Of a stretch of DNA of 64,000 bases, positions 61,896 through 64,000 are shown one piece after another. Under the pieces are notes generated by a model. The model was not told where the DNA came from. It saw only the letters and a list, made by a program, of their open reading frames with translations, and did no database searches. A program made the position numbers and the translations under genes. Positions within the stretch are counted from its first letter, which is position 1. The number at the start of each line of letters is the position of its first letter. The stretch is from a bacterium (GTDB lineage Bacteria > UBA8248 > JACPRG01 > G963555815): the NCBI GenBank assembly GCA_965218795.1, contig OZ244653.1, positions 2,752,001 through 2,816,000 of the forward strand, read 5' to 3'.

Positions 61896-62185
61896 ATGAG
61901 TTCTGCGCCGAAATCTCCATCAGCCGTTTACGCCGACGCCGCAGGGCCAGATCCTGGACCTGCCCGACCTGGAGATGGCAGGATTGTTGGAGGATGTCCT
62001 GGTCCGGCCCGAGGAGACCGAGCTCTCCCCTCTTCCGGAAGGAAGCAAGTTTTTCTTACTGCCCAGCGGACGATCTCTGGGGTGGAATCCCGTCTCCGAC
62101 GAATTCGTCGGGACTGACGAGGGGCTGACGGCAGTCTCGGCCTTTCCCGCGCCGAGCTATACCCGCACGCTTCTGCCCGCCGTCC
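61896..62185 (+). pseudogene. 5' fragment resembling the N-terminus of an uncharacterised radical-SAM family, frameshifted and truncated
   Basis: VYADAAG(Q)ILDLPDL, PLPEGSKFFLLP, AVSAFPAPSYTRTLLPA; one extra G near 61945; no CxxxCxxC present. Confidence 0.4.
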
Positions 62186-62336
62186 GGATTCTAGTGGACC
62201 CCATCCTGACATCTATGCTGATGCGCTTTTTTCGTCCTGGTTTCCGCCTTTGCAGGATACGGCCCCATGCCTCTTCAAACCTTCCACCGATTCCGGAACC
62301 CCGATCTGATGAACGGGGTGCGGCATCGGTCATAAG

Positions 62337-62627
62337 TCAGGCCGCATCCCCGGTGGTCTCGAAGCTGATCTTGAGCCGGGTGCCGGTGGCTCGCGCGATC
62401 CTCTCCAGCGTCCTGGTGGACGGGTGGACGCGCCCGCTCTCAAACCGGGCCACGACCGATTGCGTCGTCTTCATGCGCCTGGCGAGCTGCGTCTGGGTGA
62501 GCCCGGCGCCGATGCGGGCCTCGATCAGCGAGCGGGCCAGCTCGAACTCCGGCCCCAACTCCTCATAGGCCACCCGGTAGTCCGGGTTCTGGCTCCATTT
62601 CTTATGCAAGTCGCTTGCTTTGCTCAT
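62337..62627 (-). CDS. XRE-HTH antitoxin
   Basis: AYEELGPEFELARSLIEAR..GLTQTQLARRMKTTQSVVARFESG..PSTRTL. Confidence 0.9.
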   Translation of the reverse strand: MSKASDLHKKWSQNPDYRVAYEELGPEFELARSLIEARIGAGLTQTQLARRMKTTQSVVARFESGRVHPSTRTLERIARATGTRLKISFETTGDAA

Positions 62628-62949
62628 TTCAGCACCTCCCTGGCGCGTTGCAGCGCCAAGTCGACTCCCGGCGGGGCGTCTTCCGCGTTTTCTTGATAAA
62701 GACCCGCGCCACCACAACCCGTTCGTCCCGGACGGCGACATAGAGCGCACGCGCTATCCCGACCCGGCCCTTGATGCGCATTTCCCAAAGCGGACCGGTC
62801 AAGCGCCTGACATGCGGTGCGCCGACGCGCTCCAGCCCGACCGCCTCGATCAACTCGCAGATGCGCAAGAACCGCGCGCGCGTATCAACGGGCAGAGCGT
62901 CAAGCTCTTTGTCTACGGTCGCATTCAGGGTCTCCACGGTCCAGTTCAT
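62624..62949 (-). CDS. RelE/Gp49-like toxin; C-terminal 1-nt frameshift likely
   Basis: MNWTVETL, PHVRRL.GPLWEMR, FIKKTRKTPRRE; the expected DLALQRAREVLK tail is in another frame. Confidence 0.8.
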
Positions 62950-63214
62950 GGACACCAGAATATAGCACATTTGATATATTCATGCAACGAGAGCTTACCG
63001 GACCGGCGCGGTGCGAGGCGGCGGCACGGGAAAAGGCAATGAACTGGATTCTCGCCCTTGATTGAAGCATTCGTGGGCATGCTTGAGCGAGAATGACGGA
63101 CTAAGGCTGCGGAGGGAATTCTGCGGGACGCAAGACGCCTTCCTGCTCTCCCGATATGCCCAGGGCCGGGGGCGCATACATCCTCACGACATGCTGGCGT
63201 GCGGTCTGCGAGGA

Positions 63215-63332
63215 CGCGAAGCTCGGCAAGTTGCGCGTCCACGATTTGCGGCACACCACGGCGAGTCACGTGGTCATGTCCGGTGAGAACCTGCCCCTGG
63301 TCGGCAGACTGCTTGGCCACAGCCGGCATCGA
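63215..63332 (+). mobile_element. Tyrosine integrase C-terminal remnant
   Basis: LRVHDLRHTTASH..MSGENLPLVGRLLGH. Confidence 0.8.
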
Positions 63333-63455
63333 GCGCGGTCGATGCGCCCCCTTCAACCCCCTTTCAGGGGCTTTTCATGGCGATTTCCAGGCCATTTGCA
63401 ATGATTTTCGCTCCGCTGCGTCCGGCGCGCGCGGGCCATCATCGAAGATCCGACG

Positions 63456-64000
63456 TTACACGACCCGGGCGGCCTCGTGGTGGGTCTGTTCTACGTCACG
63501 GGCGAAAGCGCGCGGAATGGGGGGGCTCCCCAACGCGGCCAACACCTTGTCCGGCAATAGCGGAATGGATTGTACCTGTACGCCGATGGCGTCATAGACC
63601 GCGTTGGCGATACAGGCGGCCGTGGGCGCGAGGCCCGGCTCACCGATGCCTTTGGCTCCCCACGGTCCCTCCGGATGAGGCTCCTCCACAACCATCGGGA
63701 CCATCTCGTCGGGGATGTCCAGCGTCGTGAGCATCTTGTAATCGCCGAGGTTGCCGTTCTCGAACTGCCCGTTGCTTTCGACGATCTCTTCGCTGGTCGC
63801 TGTTCCCAGCCCCTGGATCAGAGCGCCCTCGATCTGTCCCTCGCAGCCTGCCGGGTTGATGGCTTTCCCCACGTCGTGCGCGGCGGTCAGCCGGATGACG
63901 GTGACGCGCCCGGTCTCGATATCGACTTCGACCTCGGCGCCCTGGGCGGCGAACATCCAGAAGACCGACGGCTTCGCTCCCTGACCCGTGTCGAGGTCGA
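63456..64000 (-). CDS. Xanthine dehydrogenase-family Mo-binding subunit, C-terminus (enters from right edge)
   Basis: EVEVDIETG, AHDVGKAINP..EGQIEG, GPWGAKGIGE, IANAVYDA. Confidence 0.92.
   Translation of the reverse strand, partial: DLDTGQGAKPSVFWMFAAQGAEVEVDIETGRVTVIRLTAAHDVGKAINPAGCEGQIEGALIQGLGTATSEEIVESNGQFENGNLGDYKMLTTLDIPDEMVPMVVEEPHPEGPWGAKGIGEPGLAPTAACIANAVYDAIGVQVQSIPLLPDKVLAALGSPPIPRAFARDVEQTHHEAARVV

Overview
GC-rich bacterial chromosomal window rich in catabolic genes, with many decayed mobile-element remnants. The main hidden signal is five genes interrupted by an in-frame TGA at a position where their families normally carry a catalytic or metal-binding cysteine. Each TGA is followed 16-23 nt downstream by a bacterial-SECIS-like stem-loop. 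The ORF track splits or truncates all five. They are most simply read as selenoproteins: AhpD/CMD-like (CPFU), deiodinase-like (FGAITUPP), HMA metal-binding (GMLCGLU), persulfide-dioxygenase/rhodanese fusion (GSTUG) and DsbA/FrnE-like (EYQUPW). The Sec persulfide dioxygenase heads an apparently uncharacterised operon with an NrfC-NrfD fusion, a molybdopterin oxidoreductase and a TauE/SafE exporter. Other content: an aromatic/N-heterocycle catabolic cluster (Xdh-type Mo subunit, two UbiD, LigAB, AHL-lactonase-family MBL, M29-like enzyme, four tandem SDRs split by a dead autotransporter), three DUF1989 genes, a cysteine hydrolase, a cyanuric-acid-hydrolase-like gene, a complete N-methylglutamate (gmaS-mgsABC-sox/mgd) cluster, an NMT1/Thi5-type ABC transporter and two TA loci. 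Mobile remnants include IS1595 with R-M genes, IS481-end/REP composite repeats, GIY-YIG fragment repeats and a degenerate tRNA 3' fragment. No rRNA, intact tRNA or CRISPR array was seen. All family calls come from motif recognition by eye, not from database searches.
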